Assembly: GCA_002269645.1 (NCBI GenBank)
Contig: NIVC01000165.1
Span: 1 to 39,340, forward strand
DNA length: 39,340 nt
Reading direction: 5' to 3'
From: Macrostomum lignano
Lineage: Eukaryota
The position numbers and the translations under genes are program-made. Every line of letters begins with the position of its first letter. The first letter of the stretch is position 1. The notes beneath the pieces were generated by a model, which saw only the letters and a program-made list of their open reading frames with translations, searched no databases and was not told the DNA's origin. Shown in pieces: positions 9,201 through 24,700 of the stretch.

Positions 9201-12100
9201 TTATACAAAACTCTCACAGAGGACACATCAGAGTTATATCTTAATTCCAAAATTTTTTCAATTCGATTTTCAACAAAATTAACGCAGAAGATGAAGCCTT
9301 GCGAGTGCGTAGAGAAGAAGGCCATCAGATTGTCCGAGTCTGCAATGTTTGGAAGGAAGAAAATGAGAGATAAAAGCATTATGATATGGGCTGTTTAAAG
9401 TCATTAATCCCGTTCTAGGAATTTAGAATTTTAATAACCATAAATGCCCTTTTAGGGATCTGGGATCGCGACAAACATAAATCCCGAGATTTTAATATCC
9501 ATTCATCCGCTTTTAAAGGGATTTGCGATTTTGTTTTTCACAAATTTCCTTTTAGGGATTTGGGATTTTGTTATTCACAAATCCCCTTTTAGGGATGTGG
9601 GATTTTGACATCCGATAAATCCCCTTAAGGGATCTGGGATTTGCTATCCATAAATCCCCTTTTTGGGATGTGGGATTTTGACATCCGATAAATCCCCTTA
9701 AGGGATCTGGGATTTGCTATCCATAAATCTTCTTTTAGAAATGATATCCGATAAATCCCCTTAAGGGATCTGGGATTTGCTATCCATAAATCTTCTTTTA
9801 GAAATGATATCCGATAAATCCCCTTCTTGGGATCAGCGATTTTAATATCCAAAAAATCCTCTTTTAGGTATCTGGGATTTTGTTATCCATAAATCCCCTT
9901 TTTAGGGATCTGGGATTTTGTTATCCATAAATCCTCTTTTAGGGATCTGGAATTTTGTTATCCATAAATCCTCTTTTAGGGATCTGGAATTTTGTTATCC
10001 ATTAATCCCCTTTTAGGGATCTGGAATTTTGTTATCCATAAATCCCCTTTTAGGGATCTGGGATTTTGTTATCCAAAAATCCCCTTTTAGGGATCTGGGA
10101 TTTTGTTATCCATTAATCCCCTTTTAGGGATCTGGGATTTTGTTATCCATTAATCACTTGTTAGGGATTTGGGATTTCGGTATCCATGAGACAATTTTTT
10201 CAAGGATCTTACCGAAATCCCGCAGCTTCAAGGAGTGCAGGCGTTCATCAGCCTGCAGCGCCAGAGTCTTCACCAGCCAAGTCTTCACTGTCAGCGGCTG
10301 TTCTGACTGGCTGAATTGGACTGCAATTCATTGAGGAAAAGATCAAATAGATAAAAGTTCGCCAAACGTAGGCAATAAATAAGAAAATGAGAAAATGTCA
10401 CCTTGACAAACAGGCCTAGTGTCTGGAAACAGGCGCTCCTTCGGCTTGGATTCCAGCTTGCCCTGGGTTCGATTCTCCTCTCCTTCAGCGGCTGAGGACA
10501 CGACAAGGTCGTCAACTGGAATGTTTATTAATGACTGTAGTTTGTTCTCAATGTAAAATGCAGTCTCAATCATGTTAAACCCACTAAAGTACATCTGCTT
10601 ATAAAGTAGAATACAGTAAAGTAGTTGGGTTAGGATAGCCCAGCGGTAGCGCAGGCTCTGGTGTGCCAGCGACCCAGGCTCGATTCCAAGTGCAGTCGCA
10701 TTAATTTGGGGCTGAATTAGAATCTCGGCTTGGCTCTGCTCGTGCAATTAACGGCATTGAGGGCCAACCCCCCAAGGCACAGTGAAGTGTACATGCCTAA
10801 CGATAAAATAAAGTTAGGGCCGCTGTACACTCCTGTGTGAGTGTGTGCCTGCTCAGGGGAGTCGGCGGAATGGGCAGCAATGCCTCTCGCCGGTTGTGTG
10901 ACAATTTAGCAGTTTTACGGTTTCCGAGGAAACTTGGTACCATTCTGCATTAGTTCGAGCCCCGGAAGGGGGGTGGGCGTGTGTGCTCTCAGGGGTCAAC
11001 GGAATGGCCTGCAGCCTGGTAGACTCAAAGCATGCAGCGGGTAAGAACTCACAGTCGAAGAGGCTGAACACATTGGCGCCATCCTCGTCATCCAAGGAGG
11101 CGCTCGCTCGTTCCGCTCCGTCCAGCAGAATGACGGGCCGCGGCCGCAGCTGCAGCAGCAGCAGGCGGTTGGCAGCAGCGGCGAGCAGGCAGAGCTCGGC
11201 TGTCAAACTGCTGCGCTTCATCTCCAGCTGGGTGAGCACGAACTCCATTTGAAGGACGGTCGCAAGTTCGAATCCGGAATCACAAAAATCATCCGCGCCG
11301 ACGATTCCAGGCTTCAAAGAGTAAACCGACACAGTCCGAGCCTCGGCAATGGCGACTTTGTCGGCGTCGACGCGAATCAAATTTGCCCGCCGGTGCCCGG
11401 CAAATTGGTGGCGCCAGCAGCCGCCGCTGCGCCAGTTGTGGAAGGCCTGGCAGACAGTGCCGCCGCCGCAGCTGGAGCGGTCCGCGGGCTCGGCTGATGA
11501 GCACAGGGCGACCAGAAGATCGGATTGAGAGCAATAACGAACCTGAGTGCGATTTCAGATTTGAGTCTGGAATCTCTGGATGTTGTCTGATAGATCCCGA
11601 TTCTTATCTAATAGATCCCGATTCTTATCTGATAGATCCCGATTCTTATCTGATAGATCCCGATTCTTATCTGATAGATCCCGATTCTTATCTGATAGAT
11701 CCCGATTCTTATCTGATAGATCCCGATTCTTATCTGATAGATCCCGATTCTTATCTGATAGATCCCGATTCTTATCTGATAGATCCCGATTCTTATCTGA
11801 TAGATCCCGATTCTTATCTGATAGATCCCGATTCTTATCTGATAGATCCCGATTCTTATCTAATGGTAGATCCCTTAAAACTGTTCTCACCTGAATTATT
11901 GGAAATTCTACATCCAGCTTTTGACACTCCTTAAGCTGTCTACCGCCACATTCATCATTGATCCACTCTAGGACTGTGAGCTGACGTGGCCCACTTGACA
12001 CAATGAGACAGTTCCCATGGGAACAGAGACAACCCACTGGCCACTCTGGTGAGAGAACAGACTGGGATAAGAAGCGATTGCAACAGATTACTCGAGTCAT
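290..12100 (-). CDS. HPS3: HPS3-like (BLOC-2 complex subunit) gene, 11 coding exons, about 771 aa
   Basis: Hand-built exons (minus): 12100-11891, 11542-11053, 10515-10402, 10320-10213, 9339-9218, 8794-8444, 7870-7716, 7610-7511, 2008-1925, 1839-1501, 532-290. All are GT-AG and phases are consistent (2316 nt, TGA at 292-290). Peptides resemble HPS3 as I recall it: MTRVICCNRFLSQSV (cf. MVQLYNLHPFGSQQV), VRYCSQSDLLVAL...CQAFHNWR (cf. LAYSEAGDYLVAI...RAYVNWR), DERLHSLKL (cf. DIKLHSLQL), AFFSTHSQGFIF (cf. CFFSLPHVGYLY). Some donors (7716, 7511) have alternatives. Confidence 0.8.
991..1290. repeat. 17-bp tandem repeat CAAAT(G/C)TCACTGACAGT, about 17 copies
   Basis: Direct reading; lies in the last HPS3 intron. 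Confidence 0.95.
2089..2488. repeat. About 50-60-bp minisatellite (CAATGTACACTCGATGACTCATTCAATCTCTTATCTCCTCTGT...), about 7 copies
   Basis: Direct reading; the last unit is split by the LTR element. Confidence 0.92.
2489..2669 (-). repeat. 3' LTR (181 bp)
   Basis: Direct repeat of 7263-7443; TGTAA...TTACA termini. Confidence 0.97.
2670..2682 (-). promoter_or_regulatory. Polypurine tract (PPT)
   Basis: Minus strand AGGGAAGGAGTGA directly abutting the 3' LTR. Confidence 0.8.
2777..6395 (-). CDS. pol: Retrotransposon Pol (protease, RT, RNase H, integrase), in the -1 frame relative to gag; the 3' end has two apparent 1-nt frameshifts
   Basis: In ORF 2850-6530: LFDTGAQ (aspartic protease), YMDD (RT), CCDSSG (RNase H), HDDPASGH...CEVC (integrase zinc finger), VDIKGPLP / IHSDQGRQF / NPAVERFN (DDE core). 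The GPY/F motif (WLGPYRVLERLGPVTY) and the C-terminal RRSARTRRPPDFY lie in the other two frames. Confidence 0.93.
6338..6395 (-). promoter_or_regulatory. Candidate -1 programmed ribosomal frameshift signal (slippery heptamer plus H-type pseudoknot)
   Basis: G GGA AAC at 6395-6389 in the gag frame; 9-nt spacer; stem 1 CUGGUGA/UCACCAG (6379-6373 with 6362-6356); stem 2 GGGCC/GGCCC (6368-6364 with 6342-6338). Confidence 0.7.
6383..7225 (-). CDS. gag: Retrotransposon Gag with two CCHC zinc knuckles
   Basis: ATG at 7225 (MAHANALLPPKFSG...); knuckles CFNCAQPGHFAAQC and CSRCSGRGHRAEVC; TGA at 6385-6383. Confidence 0.93.
   Translation of the reverse strand: MAHANALLPPKFSGSDDTDINMWLQMFEDFAADSEWNDTKMASKIKLLLSGEALVFVWDLPAAKQSSYKILKDELVKFYRGKDNTFRAMSEFESRKRRQGESLRELCYALKLLYRKARPEHAQTVRDCEVRHRLLALLPTEIREALLKASDYDSSSPEQLADRATALESIGSKGAPVSVAVTSVSSQVTDRLEQMQEQLADLAATVATIGSRGGQRGGRRNAARGRGSTRGKCFNCAQPGHFAAQCPGKQVAPAVPSVCSRCSGRGHRAEVCPTPASGNF
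7250..7261 (-). promoter_or_regulatory. Primer binding site, probably tRNA-Leu
   Basis: Minus strand TGGTGGCAGCGG, 1 nt after the 5' LTR; complementary to the 3' end ...CCGCUGCCA-CCA of eukaryotic tRNA-Leu(AAG/UAG) as recalled. Confidence 0.75.
7263..7443 (-). repeat. 5' LTR (181 bp)
   Basis: Direct repeat of 2489-2669; contains TATATAAA on the minus strand. Confidence 0.97.
7965..8365. repeat. Modular tandem array built on AAGTTATCCGC(C/T)
   Basis: Direct reading; variable-length units; explains the ADNLG ORFs. Confidence 0.9.
8822..9183. repeat. 34-bp tandem repeat ATGACTGACACTGTCTGACCAATATGGATAGTCT, about 10.5 copies
   Basis: Period 34 (8822, 8856, ...), near-perfect. Confidence 0.95.
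9445..10180. repeat. Degenerate tandem repeat TTTTAGGGATCTGGGATTTTGTTATCCATAAATCCCC (about 35-40 bp units)
   Basis: Direct reading; units contain inverted GGGATTT/AAATCCC. Confidence 0.9.
11587..11860. repeat. 21-bp tandem repeat CTGATAGATCCCGATTCTTAT x13
   Basis: Fills most of HPS3 intron 1. Confidence 0.96.
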
Positions 12101-13261
12101 GGTAGATCTGAAAGCAACATAGATTCTTTTTAAAGTGGAACTTAATCTACATAAAACATAGAAATTTTATAGGGAATAAATTATTTTTTGTTTCTTTACA
12201 ACTGTTTACTTAAATTTTGAAAGGTTAACTTTTATCTTTTAATTAAAAAAACTTAAAAATAATTGTGTAAAATCAAACAGTTCAAGTAATTGAAATGAAA
12301 TTTTAAATTTTAATATGATTAAATATATCACTTTTTAAATTTTATATGAAACAAGAAACATTTTAGTAAGTTAGTAAATTAAACAAAAATTAATAAAATA
12401 TAATGAATAATGAAGGATTATTAAATTTTGTTGTACTAGTACTATTATTTACTAAATATAAGATGTAATTAGGAACTATTTCAAGCTAATATTCTAATGG
12501 AACAGCATAGAAAAGAAACTAAAACTGATTTAAAAAAGTATTTTAAGTGTCAGTTAAGAGGAGTATTGTTAATAATAATAATATTAAATATTATACATAT
12601 GCAAAACCCTCCAAGCTGGCAAGGGGCCCAGCCAAGTTTAGTTGGAAAAATGCCTACCTGAAAAAATAAAATTAAATAAAAAAACATTCTATAATGTTAT
12701 ATTGAACTTTCAAAAAATTGAACTAAAAGGTAACTTTTTGCTATATGGGTAACTTCTTATATGCAAACTGTATATTGATTATTACTACATGCATTAGGCA
12801 TACTGATTTTTATTATAAAATTGACTCCCTTTCAAGCCTTCTATAATTGTATTGTAGTTAAGGTAAGCTATTTGGCTGATTATATATGTACCACATTGTA
12901 TACCCCATTTAACAATATAAAAATAAAATGTCAAAGTGATCAATTCATGATTCTTTCACATAATAAACAACCAAAACCTACATGGTCAATATGCAATACG
13001 CAGGTAATAATACATGCATATTGTTGAAAATTATGACAGCATAGGCCTAATCTATACTAATATAGAGGGTAGAGGTCGAGGAGAGCCAAGCAATTAAATA
13101 GTTTGAGTTAAGTTATATAAAATACATCAATGCCAATTATAAGATGCAATATCTCGCAATATCTACAAATGGTGCTCCATTGCTTTTATTGATTAATCCT
13201 ACAATGAAATTTTTAGCAATTATTGACATTTGCATTGATTAATATAATTACCGCGTCGCTA

Positions 13262-13292
13262 GGCTGGGGCTGGGCTGGGCTGGGCTGGGCTG
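13262..13292 (+). repeat. (GGGCT)n tract, G-quadruplex-capable
   Basis: GGGGCTGGGCTGGGCTGGGCTGGGCTG, located between the divergent HPS3 and CERT starts. Confidence 0.8.
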
Positions 13293-14400
13293 ATTGTTGG
13301 GTTAGGTAAAGTTTTTGAAATTTTGAAAAAAATTGAAAACCCAGTTCGTTGTAGTATGTTTGAATCTAGTTACCATCCATAGTGCTGCTAATTACTTCCT
13401 TCTGCTGCTGCTGATGCTAATAGCTTAATAAGTTGTAATCATTTCAATGGTATTATTAGATAATTTCAGTATTTCCTATAAAAAGCTATAGTTAAATACT
13501 GTAATTAGGTGTTATAACAAAAATTATACAAGAGATTGTATATTTAAGTATTAAATATTCAATATTAATAAGTTTTTTACAGTAAAAAACATGATTTTTA
13601 GGTTACATTAACGAGACTTTCTTTTATAACAATGATAAAGAAGTGCATTTTGCGCGATAATTCGACGCGGCGATCCCACACAAATTAATTTTATTTTGCA
13701 TTTTCGTGCCAATAAAATGCGTTGCTCTTGCGTCATGGTCATGCCAAAGGTTTTTAATATTTGACTAAAGATGAATAAATTAGTTTTAACAATTAAGTTA
13801 GAAATGGGTATAGCCTCTCAATGATTAAATTTTTTGGTTTAATGCAACGACAGCTTCTTACTTTAGCTCGTAGTCAAGTCATAACTGATAAAGTTATAAG
13901 CTTACACTTAAAGCTTAGAGGTTAGAGCTTAGAAGATATATTGCACTGAACTTTTGTTACTTAGATATTATTCGATCAAGACGGTAAACGTCTACAACTA
14001 TGCTTACTTCAATGACTATCAATGTCTTTTCATTTTGAAATATTCCAATAGTATATTGGAAATAAATGTAGCATTTTTTAGGCAAAAGTAAAAATGAAGC
14101 TTAATTTGCTTGTTTTAAGTGACAAGAATTTCATAAGCATATTGTTTAATACTAGTTTTAACTGAATTTCAAGTCAAGTCACAAGTTCCAATCATAATAG
14201 TGATAGTATGGAAATCTCCTATCATAGAAAAACAAGATGAAGTATATTTGGCCTATTTGAATTAAATTACTATTTAATGAGAATTTTATGAGTAAAATTG
14301 TCTAGGCTAAATGATACTTTTCAGAAATCGCCTAACATGCAAGTTTTTTCAGCATTCTGTTAGTTTCACGTAATGAATTCTGTTATTTTTATTTAATTGC

Positions 14401-18656
<4,256 letters not shown>

Positions 18657-18845
18657 GGCAGAGATTGCGCTATTTTCATTTCTTTGATTCTGCTTATTGT
18701 TCCTAGTTGATTCCTTTGACTCGCGGCCACATTAATGCACAGCTTTCATCGATTTTTGGTCTTTTTAATCAAATTTGTTGTTTTTGTTGTATCACGGCTG
18801 AATTTCGAAATAATCTGAATTGGGGTGTTTTGTCGCTTAAGCGAG

Positions 18846-19480
18846 GCTAGCTTGGAGTGTTGAATCACTCAGGGGGTCTGGCCTAGCTTGGAGTGTTGAA
18901 TCGCTCAGGGGGTCTGGCCTAGCTTGGAGTGTTGAATCGCTCAGGGGGTCTGGCCTAGCTTGGAGTGTTGAATCGCTTAGCGGGGGGTAGGGGTCTGGCC
19001 CAGCTTGGAGTGTTGAATCGCTCAGGGGGTCTGGCCTAGCTTGGAGTGTTGAATCGCTTAGCGGGGGGTAGGGGTCTGGCCCAGCTTGGAGTGTTGAATC
19101 GCTCAGGGGGTCTGGCCTAGCTTGGAGTGTTGAATCGCTTAGCGGGGGGTAGGGGTCTGGCCCAGCTTGGAGTGTTGAATCGCTCAGGGGGTCTGGCCTA
19201 GTTTGGAGTGTTGAATCACTCAGCAGCGGACCTAGCTTGGAGTGTTGAATGGCTTAGCGGAGGGTAGGGGTCTGGCCCAGCTTGGAGTGTTGAATCGCTC
19301 AGCGGGGGGTAGGGGTTTGGCCTAGCTTGGAGTGTTGAATCGCTCAGCGGGGGGTCGGGGTTTGGCCTAGCTTGGAGTGTTGAATCACTCAGCAGGGGTT
19401 AGGGGTCTGGCCTAGCTTGGAGTGTTGAATCGCTCAGCGGGGGGTTGGGGGTCTGGCCTAGCTTGGAGTGTTGAATTACT
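18846..19480. repeat. 36-45-bp G-rich minisatellite (CTAGCTTGGAGTGTTGAATCGCTCAG + G-rich tail), roughly 15 units
   Basis: Downstream of the CERT stop; short and long units partly alternate. Confidence 0.92.
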
Positions 19481-20401
19481 TAGTGGCTCACTCAGTGGTG
19501 GGGGAGCTGTAGCTTATCTTTAAATGTTAAATCGCTCAACGGGGGATGCAAGCCTACAGTAATTTGGGTGTTATGGTTGTGTAGTGAGCTGGTTTAGTTT
19601 AAATCTTTGGTGTCTTAAAAAATCGTCATTTTAAACAACTTGGCTGTTACGAGTGCATATTTTTAAAATGTCAAAAAATTAAAATTCCGCTAAACGGCTG
19701 TTTTATTTTACTTTTTAGAAAAATCGTTCAAACTTCAGACTTTAATTTATCTGTCTTTTACTGCCTTTTTACTGATTATTAAACATTTACCAATAGAAGC
19801 TTCAGAAGCAGATTCGTTGGTCTAGTTTGCTTTTCTTTCTAAATATTTCTGAAAATCTCCGTCGCTCGTAAAGTTTGATAATTTTGTTTAAATTGGTCAA
19901 AACATTCATTTTTCTATGCAACAAAAGCAACGCCACTACACAGATTTTAAATCATTCGATATTAGAGAATACTATTAGAGAAGTATTCTCTAAGAAGTTT
20001 TATAGCATTTTTCTATGTCACCCACATTAATTCATCACTATCGATATTTTTTCTATTCATTTTTTATTCATTAAACATTCCAAAGCAGCAGGCCAACAAT
20101 CTGCCGCGTCCTTGTAGCTGATTAGTAAAACTTTATATTTGCTTCTTTTTTAATTTCATCTTTATTAGGCAAGGAATTTGCTGCCACCTCGCACACTGAG
20201 TCACTGCGTGTTGTGTGTAACAATATCTGTGTTAATAAGTTTTTTTTGTTTTAATGGCCTTTCAATATATCAATTCACAGGAAAAGTAAAATTATACTGA
20301 CAAAAATTTGTGTCAATCATGAATGTAGATTAAAGTCTTGTACAAATTGTCATGTTGTCACGGTGAGTATGATGTCTTGATTTTTAAAAAATCATATGTT
20401 G

Positions 20402-20744
20402 GTGCAGCTGTGGGTCACTGAAACACTCAGACTTGTGCAGCTGTGGGTCAGTGAAGGTCTGTGGCTTGTGCAGCTGTGGGTCAGTGAAGGTCTGTGGCTT
20501 GTGCAGCTGTGGGTCAGTGAAGGTCTGTGGCTTGTGCAGCTGTGGGTCAGTGAAGGTCTGTGGCTTGTGCAGCTGTGGGTCAGTGAAGGTCTGTGGCTTG
20601 TGCAGCTGTGGGTCAATGAAGGTCTGTGGCTTGTGCAGCTGTGGGTCAGTGAAGGTCTGTGGCTTGTGCAGCTGTGGGTCAGTGAAGGTCTGTGGCTTGT
20701 GCAGCTGTGGGTCAGTGAAGGTCTGTGGCTTGTGCAGCTGTGGG
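20402..20744. repeat. 33-bp tandem repeat GTGCAGCTGTGGGTCAGTGAAGGTCTGTGGCTT, about 10 copies
   Basis: Period 33; the final unit is split by the hAT-like element and resumes at 21260. Confidence 0.95.
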
Positions 20745-21259
20745 CAGGGGCGTCGCCAAGGATTTTATGTTGGGGGGGACAAAGCCAATAGTTATACATG
20801 TACATGTACATGACTAAATTCTTACATGTACATTCTTTTTCAGAATCGGTGTTGTCAGCACTCATTTTGGCACCTCGAGCACTCATTTTGGCGCCACAGG
20901 CACTCATTTTAGCGCCACAGGCACTCATTCTAGCGCCACAGGCACTCATTTTAGCGCCACAGGCACTCATTCTAGCGCCACAGGCACTCATTTTAGCGCC
21001 ACAGGCACTCATTTTAGCGCCACAGGCACTCATTATAGCGCCGCAGGCACTCATTTTAGCGCCACAGGCACTCATTCTAGCGCCGCAGGCACTCATTTTA
21101 GCGCCACAGGCACTCATTCTAGCGCCGCAGGCACTATTTATTGGCGCCCTGCAGCAAAATTATTGATTTCCATAAAGGCTCACAAGGTGGGGTGGGGGGG
21201 GACAAAGCATTGGCATGTCCGCGCTGTCCCCCCTTGTCCCCCCGTTGGCGACGCCGCTG
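20745..21259 (+). mobile_element. Non-autonomous hAT-like DNA transposon (MITE), copy 1, 515 bp, with internal 21-bp array
   Basis: TIRs CAGGGGCGTCGCCAA / TTGGCGACGCCGCTG (14 of 15 match); exact 8-bp TSD GCTGTGGG at 20737-20744 and 21260-21267; about 13 copies of GCACTCATTTTAGCGCCACAG at about 20858-21133. Confidence 0.88.
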
Positions 21260-21717
21260 GCTGTGGGTCACTGAAGGATTTCGAATGCTAATACTCTGGA
21301 GAATGGAAGCATCGACACAATTGGAAGAGGACTATAGAAATCGTTGTGTTTCTTTAAAGTAGCAATAATTACTGTAAGTGTCAATGTACATAAACAAAGT
21401 ACAATGTCCTACATACTGCTCGTGATTAATTTTGAACTCACGGTTCTGATGCTCAACTAATAAAAATACTGCTTTGGAAAAGATTCCGGCGAAATCTCGA
21501 TTTAAATTGGTTCCGAAATTTAGTCTATGGTGAAAAGTGACAGATCTGAATTCCATCCTATATCTGTGCGTCCATGGAAACTGCCAGAGATGCCATAGAC
21601 TAAAGAATGCCCCTATATAAACATATGGCTAAACTACGCTCGTAGCATATGTTGAAATAAACTTAATAGTTTTTTTATCGAAAATCGAACTACACTTTGA
21701 CCCTGAGCCAAGTTCTC

Positions 21718-24700
21718 ATGGAGAAAGTGCAGAAGCATGGAAGTGAAGCTACCGAGTCAGCTGGTTCCAGTTTTTTTGTGGTGAGTACAAATATGTTTAT
21801 TCCTGAAGATTGGCGACCCTATTCCACTTTAATAACTCGGAGATCCCAGATCGGAGATCCCAGATCGGAGATCCCAGATCGGAGATCCCAGATCGGAGAT
21901 CCCAGATCGGAGATCCCAGATCGGAGATCCCAGATCGGAGATCCCAGATCGGAGATCCCAGATCGGAGATCCCAGATCGGAGATCCCAGATCGGAGATCC
22001 CAGATCGGAGATCCCAGATCGGAGATCCCAGATCGGAGATCCCAGATCGGAGATCCCAGATCGGAGATCCCAGATCAGAGATCCCAGATCGGAGATCCCA
22101 GATCGGAGATCCCAGATCGGAGATCCCAGATCGGAGATCCCAGATCGGAGATCCCAGATCGGAAATCCCAGATCGGAGATCACAAAAGACAGCAGACCCA
22201 TTGAAGAGACACTAAGCATACCTTACTAAAGGATACACAGACAAGAGATCAAAATGAGACAGCAGAACCCACAGAAAAGGCATAGGATACAAACCTCAAT
22301 TTAGGGAATTGACAATCCCAAAATACTCGCACCAGTCCCAGAAAGAGATGCAGCAGCTAGAAGATTCAGTCCGAACTCTCGCTTTCATTTCACGCAGACT
22401 CGCGCAGAAGCCACCAGCCAGAAGCAGCAATCCAAAACAGTGCAGAACAGAAGCACCAAGGAGGAGCCAGGCGACGAGGATCAGTTCTTCGACGCTTTGG
22501 AAGCTCCTTGTAAATATTCGGGCGATGCCAGCGGTGCGTCAGCACCGCCGCCTGCTGTCGAACGTCCGCTGCAGTCTCTTGAACACCCGTTAGCCCAAGA
22601 GATTCAAGCTGTCTGTCGGGCGCACTGGGACAGCTGGGGCGCCAGCACCGACGGCATGGAGCTGCTGGAATCCGACGGACTGCTGCGGGTGTACCGGCAT
22701 CGACTGGCTCAGTCAGGTTCGCGATGGTGTCGATGGTTGCCAACTATTCGGCACATGATCAGACTTTCTAATCGTCAAGCACGTATTCTACTGGCCAATT
22801 TTTTAGCACAAGCCCACACCCCAAAATGAATGTGTCAGCGCACCGAATCAAACCAGGGGTCGTGGCGCGGGGTCGCCATCATAAGCGCGCACTGGCACAA
22901 GCGCGCCTGTGTATTTTATGTCAAAGTCTGGCACAGGCGCGCAGAGACATAAGCGCGCACGTTTTGACTTGCACAAGAGCGCGGTAGAAAGTGCTCAGCA
23001 TTGGCATAGGCGCGCACCATCACAAGACCGCACTGGCATAAGCGCGCAGTCAAAGTTTGGCACAAGCGGGCAATGCAATAAATAAAAGCAGTCAAGTTGC
23101 TCCATCGTCTGTCACAAAGTAGTCGATTGTATCTGTACGAAGGAAATCGAATTAAAATTAAAAATTAAAATTAAAATTAAAGGCCGTGTCCCGGCATGTC
23201 TGGCTGCAAGTCGTGGTCTGGCTGCTGATGATGATCCAGCAATCCATCAGCAATGTGCGACGTCAAAGTGACCAATGCGCAGAAGGTTAGAGGCATAAAA
23301 AGTTCGCGTGGATCGCAGCAGTGACTTTCTTCGTGCGCCGTCTGATGCGCCGACTGTCTTCACTGCAAATGCAGTCGTCACGGAACGAGTCGAGTCTCAG
23401 CACACCATCCTTCTCGACGGCGCGTCCCGGACAGTTCTTGTTAGTGCAGCGATAGCTGACTGTCCCATTTCTAACTTCTATCTTCCCGATAAATGTAGAC
23501 GCCGTGCGTATAGACTATGATGAGCCGATTCTTTTCCCTTCGATTGGCTCCGTTGCGTTTCAAACACTCCAACTGCGACTGAGACTGAGTGCGTCTTATT
23601 TATCTAAGTCGCAGTATCTATCGACAGTGTACATGCTTAGAATTGTGCCAACTGTGCCTCTGTTTACACCCTAACCCACCACCCTTGTGCACTACAGCTT
23701 TGATTAAAATTTTTCTACACTATCAAGTCAGTCGCCAAATAAAGTGCGCGCTTGTGCCTTAGAGAGTAAATAATGCGCTCTTGCGCCAAAGTCTGACAGC
23801 GCGCTTATGCCACAGCGTGTCAAAAGTGCGCGCCTCTGCCAGTGCGCGCTTGTGCCGGTGCGCGCCTCTGCCAGTGCGCGCTTGTGCTGCTGCGCTCTTG
23901 TGCCGGTGCGCGCCTCTGCCAGTGCGCGCCTCTGCTAGTGCGCGCATGTGCCGCTGAGAGAGTCGGGCTAGTCTTCCTCAGGATCAGATTGCATGGGCTG
24001 GCACCAAGATGCACCTTGCCTTTGTGCACAAATTAGGCTATTGTCGGTCTCAAAATTATGCAATACTGGCTATTAAAGAAATATTTTTATACATGTATTT
24101 TGATTTACCTCTCGAATTTAACAAGTTATTGGTAGCACTTACATGTACCGGTTCGTATTAGCGAATAGAATAGAATAGAATAGAATAGAATAGAATAGAA
24201 TAGAATAGAATAGAATAGAATAGAATAGAATAGAATAGAATAGAATAGAATAGAATAGAATAGAATAGAATAGAATAGAATAGAATAGAATAGAATATAA
24301 TATAATAGAATAGAATAGTACATAGTACATCTGTACCTCCACTTAAGATGCCGCACTGGATCCTGTCCTTGCCACTTACACGGTTACCGGGGTGACGGCT
24401 CACGAAGTGGCCGAGATGTTCTGGAATCTGCAGTACCGCCTGGACTGGGAGCGAACTCTGGACTCGGCCCCGATCGTGCTGGACACCCTGGCCTCGGACA
24501 CCCTGCTGCTGCACCAGATCTACAAGCGACTGTGGCCGACAGCTCAGCGCGACTCGGTGTTCTGGTCGCACATTCGGCACGCCGAACAACGGACGATGGT
24601 TGTGAACTGCAGCACGGAGGTCGGGGCGCCGCCGCTGGCTTCGGGCAGGCAGCGGATGCAGCTGAATGTGAGCCTGATCTGCGAGACCGAACTGCCAGAG

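Noticed and set aside
11383-11934. LIDPDSY and DKNRDLS repeat ORFs
   Set aside because: 21-bp array in HPS3 intron 1, bounded by canonical splice sites.
18846-19480. CRISPR-like look (constant core with variable intervening sequence)
   Set aside because: The intervening sequences are recurrent G-rich variants rather than unique spacers; there are no cas genes and the context is eukaryotic.
21697-22229. RSEIPDRRSQIGDP repeat ORFs
   Set aside because: 14-bp array lying after a consensus GTGAGT donor at 21781.
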